Shown here: one piece after another, positions 27,192 through 38,531 of the stretch
Numbering within the stretch: position 1 is the stretch's first letter
Layout of the letters: every line of letters starts with the position of its first letter
Translations under genes and position numbers: made by a program
The notes under the pieces: generated by a model
What the model saw: only the letters and a program-made list of their open reading frames with translations
Database searches by the model: none
Told to the model about the DNA's origin: nothing
IMG/VR virus record: IMGVR_UViG_3300006921_000001
Direction: 5' to 3' (one strand)
DNA length: 64,000 nt
DNA from: an uncultured virus (IMG/VR IMGVR_UViG_3300006921_000001)
Lineage: Duplodnaviria; Heunggongvirae; Uroviricota; Caudoviricetes

Positions 27192-30100
27192 GTTTACACG
27201 CAGTAGATACTGGACAAAGTTTACCACCGTTAATTGATGTTGTTGGTGACTTTGATGCTAGTGCTAATACTTTTAGTAGAGATAGTGGTGGAACTATTAC
27301 TGGTTTAAAACAGGGAATGGTTATTACAATTACAAATGCTGTTGATGGTGGAAATAATACTAACTATACTTTAACCGCAGATGCAAGCACTACGTTAGCA
27401 TTAGGAAGTGTCGCCGCTGATGAAAGTAACGACACTGTTACAATTACTCCTATTATTGGACATAATACACCAACTAACCCTACACTAGTAGAGATAAATA
27501 GTACAGCATTAGCCGGTGATATAAACTGTTTTGAGATATATAAAACAAGGGGTGCTGCCCCTGCTAATACTTTAAACAGTGTTTCATCATCTACTGTTAA
27601 TAGATTATATCCAACCAATACTACAATAGATAGTCACCAATCGGCTAAAAGTACAACTCCCGGATATAAAATTCATTCAGATGTTACGCTCACAAATATA
27701 CTAAGTGGTTCTTCTTTGGCTACGGCTAACGATTATTTTGTATTGATTTATTCCGATAATGGTAATAAACACCATTTTGCTAAAATTACCGAAGTATTAA
27801 ATTATGATAATGCTGGAGACGGCTTTGAATTTGAACCTAGATTAAAAGAAGATATACCAGAGGGAACCAAATTCGCGGTATACAAAGGGCCTTCATCTAC
27901 AAATACTGATTTAGTAGCAGTTAGTTACGGCTTAACAGGAACAGGTGATAAACATAACCACTATGTAAATGTTAGTCGACCAACGTTTTATTTCTACAAT
28001 GACCGAATAGATAACCCAATAGATAACGAACTAGCACATAATACAAAATATGAAGTTAGGAAAAGTAGATATGATGGGTCTAGCCATGTGCATAGTAGTA
28101 CTTGTTTCTTAACTAACCAATCATTCGGACCTAGATTATTAGATAAAAGTCCATACAAACAAACTGTTAAAATAGTAGATACGGCCCACACATATGATAG
28201 CACAGTTAGTGCTAGTACAACAACTCACTATACTAATTACGCTGGTTCAGCACAAACATATACTGCCAACTTAACTAGTTGGGACACTTGTTTTTTAAAT
28301 GCTAGTAGGCCAGTATATACCTTATCTGGTGGATTAGCAAGTGGAAGTCAATCTGTTGCTACTGTATATTCAGGACCATCTACACATTTATCATTTGTTG
28401 AATCACCGGAAATAACTAAAATATTAGAGAACGTATCATCAGTTAAGGTGTCTAAAACAGTTACTGTTTCGGGTAACTACGCTGAGTTAGAAATATATGA
28501 CTTTGAAAAGGTTCTAGATGAAAAAATTAAAATGAATGATGATTTTAAAGTTAGAAGCGTATTATACCAACAGAAGTTAAATAATAACTATGATGTAAAT
28601 TTACCCGGTAAGGTTCACACAAATACTACTGCTGGACAGTTAGAGTTTCAAGAACTCGGTGATGAACAAGATTTAGCCCGCCTATTAGGTGATGGGGAAA
28701 CTATTCGTATAGATGACTATATCTATGTGGTAGCCTCAATAGCATCTAAATCGGCAGGAACTCAAGTAGTTACAATTGATGCATATAAAACAAAAAATGC
28801 AGCCACATTTACAACAGGGACAACAATACATGATACTCTATCAGGCGTAAAAGCCTTTAGGAGAGCATGGTCTACGTTAAAATCTAATTTGTTAACTAAC
28901 GCTAAGATAGATACTGAAGTTGCGGCTGATGGTACAATAACTAAAAATGGTATTACTGTTACTACATCTCAAGTAGATTATAGGGATTTAAATATTGTTT
29001 TAGATGATGGTGACCTTAAGAGTTATAGATTATCTGTAGATAAAGGAGATAAGAATAACCAATACTTTGAACTAAATGATAGTGCTTTTAATATTTATCA
29101 ATATGGTAATGAAAATAGAGGAACTTCTACTGTAACAAGTAACTCTGTTAAATATATAGCGCCAATAATTAACTACGTTGGTGGTGGGGCATTTATTGAT
29201 AATGTTATTTTTGATGGAACTGTTGAATATATTAATAGTAAAACTGAAAGTACGCAAATGAAATACACAATTAGTGGTAGAGATGACTTAGGTAAGTTAT
29301 TAGCAAAGGTAAATAATAAAAAATACCTTTATTCCGATGAATATGTTTATTCTACTATGAGTCCGATTAGTCAAATGACTGATACAGGTTTAGATTTGAG
29401 AGTTACATCGGGTAGCACTCTCGCTACTCAAGATGCAGGTTCCGCTAATATTAGTACATCAAGAAGGGGTAGTGGAACGTACGTTCCTTTAGAAATTGGT
29501 GATAGAATATATTATAGGTATTTATCCTCACCGAGGGAACAGTATATTTTGTTAGGTATAGTGTCTGCAAATACCGCTACTTCTGACCCCGGAACTGGAG
29601 TAACAGTAACTGTGTCTTTAGAAACACCTCTATCAGAAGATATATTCAGAGATGTTACTACACCAAAATTTAGTGTTACTGCACCGGGGGCGGGAACGTC
29701 ACCATTCTCTATTGCTAATTCCACAGAAGCAATAGTTTATGTGGCTAAATCAACCATTATGGCAGGTAAATCTTTATCAACAAATCAAACTGATACTGAT
29801 ACTCCTACTACCTTAAGAGGTAGTGCAGACAAAGGTATAAACTTTATTTCTGGTAAAAAAATAAATGTCTATACTGGGCAGGATTCAACATCATTAGTTG
29901 GGTCAAAATCAGACACATATGTAGGATTAGATAATGAAAACTCATTAGGTTATACTATTTCAAATACTGTTCAAATTGATTCTAATATGTCCCCGGAAGG
30001 TTTTGTTCCTTTTAACTCTGATGGTACTGAAAACAAGTTACACACTGTTTCCTCTATGACCGAGTACGATGTAATAGATATAGAAACGTTAGATGATGGA

Positions 30101-33100
30101 CTTAACAATATCAGCGTAGCCCCAATCATGCCCACTGTCTTAGGTAGGATTGATTCAAATACTGCTAGAAAATCTATTACTAACGAACAACATATTTATC
30201 TAATTAACAAAGGGGGCTTGCCCTCCGGTGGGATATTACACCTATTAAATTCAGAAGCAATAACTAATAACGATTCTGAAAATTACCCTATATCCTTTGT
30301 AGGAAAATTAAATGATGATAACCTAGGTTCACCTAAACTATATGCAACATATAGTACTAGATTCGGTTCTTTTATGTGGAGGTATTCATACCTTGAAGAT
30401 GGTAGTATATACTATCAGGATGAAATAGGTGATAGAATAACTAATACTGCTAAGACATCTATACTTGGTATTACTGGTCTAGATTTATATAGAGATAAAA
30501 AAGGTAATATTAGAGCCTGTCTTACTGGTGTAAGAATTGATGGTAATGGACAAACTATCGCTTTAGGTGATGATAACTCAGTTTCTGATACAAAATTACG
30601 GGAGGGTTCTCCTGAAACTAGGGGTCCAATGCCCGTATTGGGTAGTAATTTCTATGATACAACTTTGATTCCTAGAAACTGTGATAACGCAAATCATAGT
30701 CAAGATTCTAGTAGTATTGCGAATAATGACCACGATAATTACAGAGAAAAATACTGGGGTAGGTTATTGGCCCAAGACAGCGATGACGATAATATTTTCT
30801 ATGTAGATAAGATGTTCTTTGAAGCAAATGACCCCAAAGCAATAAATACTTTTTTGTTTGCATTGGGTGATATTTATCCTGATAGTATGACTAGACCTAA
30901 TCATATAGGTTACCCTGCAGCCTCACGGTCTTTTACAGATTACTCTCTAATTTTTAAAGCCAGCGGTACTACGGTAGCAGGGATAGAGCATGATAAATAT
31001 GTCGGACAATTAACATCTAAAAGACAAAATGATGCCTCTTATGATATTTTACCAGTCAACACAAGTTCTATTTCACCTAATACTATGAAAAGATTTGGAG
31101 TAGTTAGGTTGGTAGAGATGACTATGGATTGGCATTTTAATAATGTTGATGTAGAAAATAAAACTGATATAAATAATTATACTGCGATGCTAGATGTTCA
31201 TAATAAAAAATTCCAATTGCATAATGAATTATTTAGTGCAAATGACCACCAAGTTAAATTTCATACTGCAGTATTAAATCTTGGAGCAGAATTAACTAAT
31301 GGTGCTAGTAGTGTGACTTTAAATGCATCTCCAGCGGCTACAGGTGGAAGGTCTAGTTCAGGATTAACAAGTTTACCTACTAATTATATAAATACTAGCG
31401 CAACAGTTACTGCTGTATCTGGTAATGTAATAACAATCAGTAATGGTGCTTACGGTAATGCTAGTCACTTTCACGAAGGTATGATTATTGCTAGAATTGG
31501 TAATACTGCTACGTCTGTAACTAACGAAGATAGACAATATGCTATGATAGAGAGCGCAGCAGATAATAGTTCAAATGTAGAAATTACTCTTAAATCCGCA
31601 AGTAGTAGCGAAAATGGTCCTAACGTTCCTGAGTATGAAAAGTTATTTGACCATGCTTTGATTAACCATTCACCTGCTGACCCAAGTGTTTCTGGTGGAG
31701 ATATTATACAAATAGTACCTATTGAAATTTACGCTGACCCTCTTACGGGTTCTTCTGCTACAAGTCCTAATAGAGTTTTTATAGGCACAGTTAGTGCCAT
31801 AAGTGGGGCTACTATAACTTTAGGTTCTAACTATAGTGGTCCTACTATTGCTAATGGAACTGAAGTATATTTTAGCGTTGGGCCAGATTCAGTTCATCAA
31901 AGTGGGACACCTATAAATATTAAACATGATTTTAATGTAAAAATACAAGAATTCAATTCACATATTATTAGTGGTAGCGTCCAGTTTCCTTGGTTTGTAA
32001 CTAATAACAATGCTGGATATAACCACAATAAAGAATTAATACATAATCAACTAATAAGTCCTTTATACTTAGGTAACACAAATACTAATGTTATTGCCTC
32101 GGACTATGGGCCTCTGGATGTAAATAAGGGATATTCCCCATTTAAATCTAGTATTCAAGGATTAATTAGAAGTAGTTCTAGAGTTATTAATGAAATGTTA
32201 GTACAAGATAGTTTTACGCAAACAAACACTAGTAATACTTCCCGTCTAACGGAAGTAGAAGTTTCTGGTGGTTCTAAGATTAGAAATAATATGATAGGTT
32301 TAATTACTAGAGGTTACAAACCGAATGCGTTTTTTGAAAATACGATGCTAAATGCTAAAAGGTCTAAAGATGTTATATTAGATTACCCATCAAATTCTTC
32401 AGATAACACAATGAATGTTAGAACTACAGGGGTTGGGTATGCTAGTGAATTTCAGGCTGGTGCTTATCTTAACACTAAAATAGGTGTTGATTCAGATGAT
32501 TTAGAAAATATAGATAAATTTGAGGCCATATATTTTCACCCAAGAAATGATGAAGATGGTGGTGGTGCTTCCGACGAATTTATTAGATTGTTAAGTAATA
32601 AGTTTAGAAGTAGTTTTGCTAGTGTAATTGCAGATGCTGCGATTCTTGTAGATGATATGGCTAACGCACAATATGGTTCAGGTAGTGTTAACTTTACAGT
32701 GGGTGATGCTTTCTTATTAGGTATGCGGGCTGACTATATTATAGCAACTACCGGTATGACTTTCCCAATTGTTAATTTAAGTTATCCTAAAGGTGATGGT
32801 GATAATTACTTTTATAGCACTTCTTACGGCCAAGCATATTTAGGTTCTGCTCAAACTGCTCATAGTGGAACTTCTTCGGATAACCCATACGCTGCTTTGA
32901 AGTTTGACGAATTAAGTAGATACACAAATAGTAATAAATTACAGGACGAAGGTACAGGAGAGTTAAATTCATATTTAGGATTAACTAAGGCGGGTAACGG
33001 TATTGAAGAAAAATCATCAAGTCCGGTGCAAGACCAAAGATTCAATGAAACCTCAATTACCGGAGCAGAAGTATACTATAAACCGGTTGTAAATTTACAG

Positions 33101-34951
33101 GCTGATGATGTAGGTATTGGTGGAACAATAGATATTCATGCTCAGAAAAGACGAAGGATTACTTTTAGTATTTATAATACTCCAGACAGTAATCATATTA
33201 CCGAACTAATTGAAAATAAAAGTTATGCAAATGACGGAGATGATAGACAATTACATAGATGGATTCATTTCTGTCCTGACCTTACGGGTTATTATTTAGT
33301 TAGTGAAGAAGGCAAAACGTTTGCTAATGCCTCTACATCCAATAGAGCAATTAATAATACTGTTCCCACATTTATACATAAAATTATATCTCATACTATA
33401 GAGAAACAATTATCTGAAACAAGTAACACAGAATACTTTAAACACGTAATTGAAATAGATAATGCTAATACTTATAGCACAGGGTTTTATCGAGTTATGA
33501 GAATATCACAAGATACATTCTATGACTTTACCCCGTCAGAAATTAACCTGTTAACACTATCTAATTCTTATTCTAAAGTAACAGGTAGCGATAAATGTTA
33601 TGGGCCTATTAATAGGTTTAACTATTATGATGCTGGGTTTGATGCCAGTGTAGATACTATGTATAATGAGGGTTTACTATCTATGTTTATGCCTATTAAT
33701 ATAGATGTAATTGACGGAGGCTTCGTAGATATTAGAAGTGCACAACATTTCGCTACTGCTACTAATTCACCTGAAACAGTTAATGGTGTAGCAAATGTTA
33801 CAAAACCAAGATTTGTAGATAATACAACATATCAAATGTCTATTACCGATGGGCACTCTAGATATAGTTCAGGGGTTAAAGTAGCAAGAGCGAACACCAC
33901 CCCAGTTGTATATAGATTAGAAATGTCTAATATTAAAGCAATGGGTGGTGTAGTATCTTTTGGGGAGATTTTTACTTTGTCTACTTTTAATAAACCTAAA
34001 TTTAATGGTAAGCGATGTTCCATAGGTACTAATTTCCAAGTAGTAGATGAGGCAGAACAAGTAATTAATGATTTAATAGAAAATACAGATATAACATATA
34101 CTCAAACAACAGATACTGCAAAGTACTATGAAGCGTTTAATGTGCAAGGTTTAGACAGTTTTAGTGCTGTGAATTTTGTCGCATCTCTCAAAAATAGAAA
34201 ATTAATAGTAGACGGTAAAACCGTTCAATTAGTTAAGGATATTGAAGATGAAGATTATACTAATATTGAATTTAATGAATTTGATGCAGACAATAGAATA
34301 GGACAAATATCTAGAGATAATAACTTATTTGATTTCTTTAATCAAATTACAGTGTATGGTGACGGTGTTAAGAGCACAGTAAGAGATTATAATTCTGTAA
34401 AGAAAGATGGGTTAAAAGAATTAGAAGAGGTTGACTTAACTATAGTCACAGAAGAAGCATGTAAAAGAAAGGCTATGAATCTATTACGAGTTCACTCGGA
34501 ATCTAGTCCAGCAATATCTTTTAAGGTGTTATATGAACAATGCCCATACTTAAGACCCGGACAAATAATTAATATTAATTACCCATCAGAAAAAATAGCA
34601 AGGGGTGAGTATATCGTATTGGAAATTAACTATGAAATAGGAGGATTCATGGATGTTAAAGTAGGTAAATATGCTAAGAATCTAACAAACCGCATTGCAG
34701 AATTATTAGTACAGGGTAAAAGGGTAGATGCTGCTTTACGTGGTGACCGATATAAAACCACGACTCCTAGCAGTTTTATACAAGAAGAAGTTGCGCTTAG
34801 AGCAGTTAAACTTAAAGTACAGTATACTACTGCTACAAGTACAGTAGCAAATGTATTTGGATTTACGACCATATTTGGTGTTGATACAACACTAGGAATA
34901 ACGGTCCCAACAGGAGAGTCAACACAAAACTTGGAGTATGATTTACTATGA
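27188..34951 (+). CDS. very large tail tip/hub protein (2587 aa)
   Basis: Hub motifs IFDGTVE..ISGRD and NQITVYG..LRPGQII separated by about 1500 aa Ser/Thr/Asn-rich insert. Confidence 0.8.
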   Translation: MSLHAVDTGQSLPPLIDVVGDFDASANTFSRDSGGTITGLKQGMVITITNAVDGGNNTNYTLTADASTTLALGSVAADESNDTVTITPIIGHNTPTNPTLVEINSTALAGDINCFEIYKTRGAAPANTLNSVSSSTVNRLYPTNTTIDSHQSAKSTTPGYKIHSDVTLTNILSGSSLATANDYFVLIYSDNGNKHHFAKITEVLNYDNAGDGFEFEPRLKEDIPEGTKFAVYKGPSSTNTDLVAVSYGLTGTGDKHNHYVNVSRPTFYFYNDRIDNPIDNELAHNTKYEVRKSRYDGSSHVHSSTCFLTNQSFGPRLLDKSPYKQTVKIVDTAHTYDSTVSASTTTHYTNYAGSAQTYTANLTSWDTCFLNASRPVYTLSGGLASGSQSVATVYSGPSTHLSFVESPEITKILENVSSVKVSKTVTVSGNYAELEIYDFEKVLDEKIKMNDDFKVRSVLYQQKLNNNYDVNLPGKVHTNTTAGQLEFQELGDEQDLARLLGDGETIRIDDYIYVVASIASKSAGTQVVTIDAYKTKNAATFTTGTTIHDTLSGVKAFRRAWSTLKSNLLTNAKIDTEVAADGTITKNGITVTTSQVDYRDLNIVLDDGDLKSYRLSVDKGDKNNQYFELNDSAFNIYQYGNENRGTSTVTSNSVKYIAPIINYVGGGAFIDNVIFDGTVEYINSKTESTQMKYTISGRDDLGKLLAKVNNKKYLYSDEYVYSTMSPISQMTDTGLDLRVTSGSTLATQDAGSANISTSRRGSGTYVPLEIGDRIYYRYLSSPREQYILLGIVSANTATSDPGTGVTVTVSLETPLSEDIFRDVTTPKFSVTAPGAGTSPFSIANSTEAIVYVAKSTIMAGKSLSTNQTDTDTPTTLRGSADKGINFISGKKINVYTGQDSTSLVGSKSDTYVGLDNENSLGYTISNTVQIDSNMSPEGFVPFNSDGTENKLHTVSSMTEYDVIDIETLDDGLNNISVAPIMPTVLGRIDSNTARKSITNEQHIYLINKGGLPSGGILHLLNSEAITNNDSENYPISFVGKLNDDNLGSPKLYATYSTRFGSFMWRYSYLEDGSIYYQDEIGDRITNTAKTSILGITGLDLYRDKKGNIRACLTGVRIDGNGQTIALGDDNSVSDTKLREGSPETRGPMPVLGSNFYDTTLIPRNCDNANHSQDSSSIANNDHDNYREKYWGRLLAQDSDDDNIFYVDKMFFEANDPKAINTFLFALGDIYPDSMTRPNHIGYPAASRSFTDYSLIFKASGTTVAGIEHDKYVGQLTSKRQNDASYDILPVNTSSISPNTMKRFGVVRLVEMTMDWHFNNVDVENKTDINNYTAMLDVHNKKFQLHNELFSANDHQVKFHTAVLNLGAELTNGASSVTLNASPAATGGRSSSGLTSLPTNYINTSATVTAVSGNVITISNGAYGNASHFHEGMIIARIGNTATSVTNEDRQYAMIESAADNSSNVEITLKSASSSENGPNVPEYEKLFDHALINHSPADPSVSGGDIIQIVPIEIYADPLTGSSATSPNRVFIGTVSAISGATITLGSNYSGPTIANGTEVYFSVGPDSVHQSGTPINIKHDFNVKIQEFNSHIISGSVQFPWFVTNNNAGYNHNKELIHNQLISPLYLGNTNTNVIASDYGPLDVNKGYSPFKSSIQGLIRSSSRVINEMLVQDSFTQTNTSNTSRLTEVEVSGGSKIRNNMIGLITRGYKPNAFFENTMLNAKRSKDVILDYPSNSSDNTMNVRTTGVGYASEFQAGAYLNTKIGVDSDDLENIDKFEAIYFHPRNDEDGGGASDEFIRLLSNKFRSSFASVIADAAILVDDMANAQYGSGSVNFTVGDAFLLGMRADYIIATTGMTFPIVNLSYPKGDGDNYFYSTSYGQAYLGSAQTAHSGTSSDNPYAALKFDELSRYTNSNKLQDEGTGELNSYLGLTKAGNGIEEKSSSPVQDQRFNETSITGAEVYYKPVVNLQADDVGIGGTIDIHAQKRRRITFSIYNTPDSNHITELIENKSYANDGDDRQLHRWIHFCPDLTGYYLVSEEGKTFANASTSNRAINNTVPTFIHKIISHTIEKQLSETSNTEYFKHVIEIDNANTYSTGFYRVMRISQDTFYDFTPSEINLLTLSNSYSKVTGSDKCYGPINRFNYYDAGFDASVDTMYNEGLLSMFMPINIDVIDGGFVDIRSAQHFATATNSPETVNGVANVTKPRFVDNTTYQMSITDGHSRYSSGVKVARANTTPVVYRLEMSNIKAMGGVVSFGEIFTLSTFNKPKFNGKRCSIGTNFQVVDEAEQVINDLIENTDITYTQTTDTAKYYEAFNVQGLDSFSAVNFVASLKNRKLIVDGKTVQLVKDIEDEDYTNIEFNEFDADNRIGQISRDNNLFDFFNQITVYGDGVKSTVRDYNSVKKDGLKELEEVDLTIVTEEACKRKAMNLLRVHSESSPAISFKVLYEQCPYLRPGQIININYPSEKIARGEYIVLEINYEIGGFMDVKVGKYAKNLTNRIAELLVQGKRVDAALRGDRYKTTTPSSFIQEEVALRAVKLKVQYTTATSTVANVFGFTTIFGVDTTLGITVPTGESTQNLEYDLL

Positions 34952-35343
34952 TAACAGAACTAGCAAGACAAGCACTTAGGGATTTTGTACAAGATAATTT
35001 TTTAGGATATAAAATAGGCACAGGTGGAGATAGTTCCAACCCAAATGCTACAAACTTAGATGCACCGCTTAGTGTAGGGGGTACAGAACTTCAAACTAGT
35101 GGAATAACTATAACCACTTCAGGTATTTCGTCAATTGATTTCACAATAACTTTAAGTGCTAGTTCCTATGTAGGAGAAGTAATAAGAGAGGTTGGTATTT
35201 TTAATACCGCAACAGATATTACAATTGATGGAACAACCTACGCGGCTGGTGCAATAATGTTAGTGAGAGTCCCTTTTGATGGTATTGGACCTATTACTTC
35301 TAGTGATAATATAGAATTAGTTGTTTCAGTGGACGTGGTATAA
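34948..35343 (+). CDS. tail tip/fibre attachment protein
   Basis: KIGTGG, IREVGIFN, RVPF motifs typical of fibre-base proteins. Confidence 0.65.
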   Translation: MITELARQALRDFVQDNFLGYKIGTGGDSSNPNATNLDAPLSVGGTELQTSGITITTSGISSIDFTITLSASSYVGEVIREVGIFNTATDITIDGTTYAAGAIMLVRVPFDGIGPITSSDNIELVVSVDVV

Positions 35344-37505
35344 TGGTAGCAAACGAAGGGAAAATTACTACATTTGGGACTACAGGAACTCTTGGTGGTT
35401 TAGTAGACGGTACCGATACTATTCATACCGGTGTTGCTAAAACATTATTTGCTATTGCTTCTGGTTGTCGTGTTGTTAGTAGTGGAACTTTTACACAATC
35501 TTCTGATGATTTTGTGTTGGCTAACCCAACTACTTATAGAACACTAGGAACAAAAGTTACTTTATCTAGTAGTTCCGGACACAATACAGTTACAGTTGGT
35601 GCTGGTGATAGCACTTACGATAGATATGATTTAATATATATTGATGCTGGAAACAATAGATTAGCAATTAGTGCGGGTCAAGTTAATCCTGCTAGAATTG
35701 CAGATATAAATAATGATGATGTTCCAGTTGCTATTGTTAAAGTAGCGGCAGGTGCGGCGGCAACAAACACACATAGTTTCCAAACTTTAATGAGTGTATA
35801 TAATACAGATAGTTTTGCTGGTGATGATATAGTTAGTTTAATTATAGGTGCAGATGCAGATGGTACAGATAGAACAATTACTTTTGGTCATTCAACTCTT
35901 AAAACAATTATGGGAATTGATGATAGTGCTGATAAATTTATTATTAACACTGATGCTACTTTTGATGCTACTGCCGCAAATAACTCATTAACAATTGATG
36001 CATCACATAATGTTACTATTGCTGGTGACTTAACTGTTACTGGAGGGATTATAGATAATAGTGGAAGTATTGGTTTTAATAACGGACAAAACGCAACACT
36101 TGACGTTGCTGCTACCGCACATAACGTAGCAGGTAAGAATCTAACAATTAGTGCTGGAACTACAACTGTTGGAACTACAAATGATATTGCTGGTGGTTCA
36201 GTTACTATTAAAGGTGGAGCAGGTAAAGGAACAGGAGCAGGTGGAGATATTGTTTTTCAAACTGCAAATGCTGCCGGTGGTAGTGCTCACACACCTTTAA
36301 ATTCACATGCTACTGCTTTAACTCTTAGTGATGATTTATCTGCTACCTTTGGTGGGAATGTATCTTTTGCTGGAACAACTCTTACTAGCACAGGGGCTGA
36401 TTTGAATATAATTTCTGCTGGTAACATGGTATTGAGAATAGATAGTAACAATGATGAAACCGGCCAATCTTTTGCTTTTCAAAATAACGCGTCTACAGAA
36501 ATTGCCAATCTTAGTGAAGCAGGTAATCTACAAATAGACGGCACTTTAAATGTTGATGGGTCTGGTGCTTCAGATATTGCTGGTCCTTTATCTGCTGCTG
36601 GCTTACATACTAGCAATGCATTTACTACTGGTAGACAACTTATAAATGCTAGTGATAGTAGTTCATCTAATAGAATAGTTAGTGCTGAACATACAATGAT
36701 ATTTTTCCACACTGCTGATTCTAATAATAACGTGTGCACTTTACCCACAGCAGTAAATGGAACTATACAGTTTTTATTTAATGTTGATTCCGCTCATGAT
36801 ATTACTATAACTTCTTCACAACATATTAATGATAGTAATACTGGACATACGCTAATTCCTAGTGCTAATACTATTTCTCTAAAACCTTATCAATCTATTA
36901 TTTTAAGAGGTGCAGCAGATGATAGTCCTATGAACGCAGGATATTATACGCTCGACTTTGATTCAGATACAGGGACTACCAGTGCTATTGAGCAAGGATT
37001 ACATACTATTTGGGTTCCAGCCGCATCTATGTACCCTAATACTACTAGTGGTTGTGCTGCCTTAGCACAAGTAGAACTAGCAAATGGTCCCGAATTAAAA
37101 TGTTTAGATTTCGACACTTCTTCAGATGAGTTTGCTCAATTTACAGTAGCGTTCCCTAAATCATGGAATGAAGGAACAATAACCTTTCAACCATTTTGGA
37201 CAGTTACAGGGACAAATACAGGTACAGTTGCTTGGGAATTATCGGGTGTTGGGTTTGGTAACAGCGATGATATTAATACTGCTTTTGGAACTGCCATTTC
37301 TACTACTGCTTTAGCCCATAGCGGTACATCGAACGATATGATGGTTTCAGCAACAAGTGGTGCTGTCACAATTAGTGGTGCTTCTGTTGACAGTGTTACT
37401 TACTTTCAAATAAATAGAGATACTGGTGGGGACACCCAAACAGGTGATGCAAGATTAGTAGGCATTAAAATATATTACACAATTAACGCGGGGAATGATG
37501 CTTGA
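35343..37505 (+). CDS. tail fibre protein
   Basis: RYDLIYID N-terminal anchor motif, Gly/Thr-rich shaft, C-terminal beta domain. Confidence 0.8.
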   Translation: MVANEGKITTFGTTGTLGGLVDGTDTIHTGVAKTLFAIASGCRVVSSGTFTQSSDDFVLANPTTYRTLGTKVTLSSSSGHNTVTVGAGDSTYDRYDLIYIDAGNNRLAISAGQVNPARIADINNDDVPVAIVKVAAGAAATNTHSFQTLMSVYNTDSFAGDDIVSLIIGADADGTDRTITFGHSTLKTIMGIDDSADKFIINTDATFDATAANNSLTIDASHNVTIAGDLTVTGGIIDNSGSIGFNNGQNATLDVAATAHNVAGKNLTISAGTTTVGTTNDIAGGSVTIKGGAGKGTGAGGDIVFQTANAAGGSAHTPLNSHATALTLSDDLSATFGGNVSFAGTTLTSTGADLNIISAGNMVLRIDSNNDETGQSFAFQNNASTEIANLSEAGNLQIDGTLNVDGSGASDIAGPLSAAGLHTSNAFTTGRQLINASDSSSSNRIVSAEHTMIFFHTADSNNNVCTLPTAVNGTIQFLFNVDSAHDITITSSQHINDSNTGHTLIPSANTISLKPYQSIILRGAADDSPMNAGYYTLDFDSDTGTTSAIEQGLHTIWVPAASMYPNTTSGCAALAQVELANGPELKCLDFDTSSDEFAQFTVAFPKSWNEGTITFQPFWTVTGTNTGTVAWELSGVGFGNSDDINTAFGTAISTTALAHSGTSNDMMVSATSGAVTISGASVDSVTYFQINRDTGGDTQTGDARLVGIKIYYTINAGNDA

Positions 37506-38500
37506 GTGGTTTTGGTTATACTGTTTTAGGATTCGGCGCTCATCCAAACAGAACAGCACCTTCTCCTTATGTTTCATTTCCATCAATTACTGGTTTAAGT
37601 ATTGATACAGATTTTGCCACATTACAAATAGATGGAAGTAACTATTCTAATACAGCAGGTATGGCTGTTGGTGCAGATGAAATAGTTTGCGGGTTGGCTG
37701 GTGTTCTCAGTTTAGGTGGTAGCAACGTAAACCTATTAAGTTACAACTACGATACATCTACTACTCTTAGCACGGGAACTGGTTCACCAGCATCTATGGG
37801 TTATGCTGCTGACGCAAGTGGAAATGTTCAATCAACAGTAAGGGGAGCGTGTTTTTCTTACAATGGTGCTTATTTATATGTCGCTGGTCAGGCAGATACT
37901 AATAGGGTAATTAGATTTGACCTCGGAACTCCTTATGATTTAAGTACTGTAACTAGTAATAGTAACAGTGCTCAATTGGGTTCTGCTATGAATAGTTTAC
38001 AGGGTATTGCTATTTTAGGTGACGGAACTAAATTTTATGCTATGCGTTCTACTACTGGTGCAGTTGGTCGAACTATCGAATATTCTATGTCTACACCTTA
38101 TGATTTATCTACACTTTCTGTAACTAGAACAGTTGATGCTGCATATACTGGTAACGTATCGGGAGGCTTTTGCATGGATATTGCTATTGCTCCAGATGGT
38201 AGTAGTTTTATTGTAGGTAGTGTTGGTGGTTCAGGCGGAGCAGGTTATTCAACCATATTAGACCAATGGTCAATTACTAATGGTGATATATCTCCTATCT
38301 CTGGCACAAGTGGTAGAGTATCTGCTAACTTCAGTAAGAACCTTAGTAATACTTATGACGCAGTTGGTGATGATGCCGATACATACTCACAGGCATTTAA
38401 CTTTAATAATACTGGAACCGCACTACTTCTTGCAGCAGTTCATGAAGATGACGGACCTTCAGGAACATCTAATCAATGGCATGTTACTAGATGGACATGA
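37502..38500 (+). CDS. probable adhesin/receptor-binding protein with beta-propeller-like repeats
   Basis: GFGYTVLGFG N-terminal anchor; repeated TPYDLST blades; follows fibre. Confidence 0.7.
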   Translation: MSGFGYTVLGFGAHPNRTAPSPYVSFPSITGLSIDTDFATLQIDGSNYSNTAGMAVGADEIVCGLAGVLSLGGSNVNLLSYNYDTSTTLSTGTGSPASMGYAADASGNVQSTVRGACFSYNGAYLYVAGQADTNRVIRFDLGTPYDLSTVTSNSNSAQLGSAMNSLQGIAILGDGTKFYAMRSTTGAVGRTIEYSMSTPYDLSTLSVTRTVDAAYTGNVSGGFCMDIAIAPDGSSFIVGSVGGSGGAGYSTILDQWSITNGDISPISGTSGRVSANFSKNLSNTYDAVGDDADTYSQAFNFNNTGTALLLAAVHEDDGPSGTSNQWHVTRWT

Positions 38501-38531
38501 TTTATATAACAGTAAGTGGATGGTTTAAGTA
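38501..38531 (+). promoter_or_regulatory. archaeal TATA-box promoter, probably leaderless
   Basis: TTTATATA at 38501-38508, ATG at 38532; same 31-nt spacing and AGTGGAT element as at 10767. Confidence 0.7.

Noticed and set aside
27188..38500. Diversity-generating retroelement or invertible fibre cassette
   Set aside because: No reverse transcriptase, invertase or template/variable repeat pair noticed
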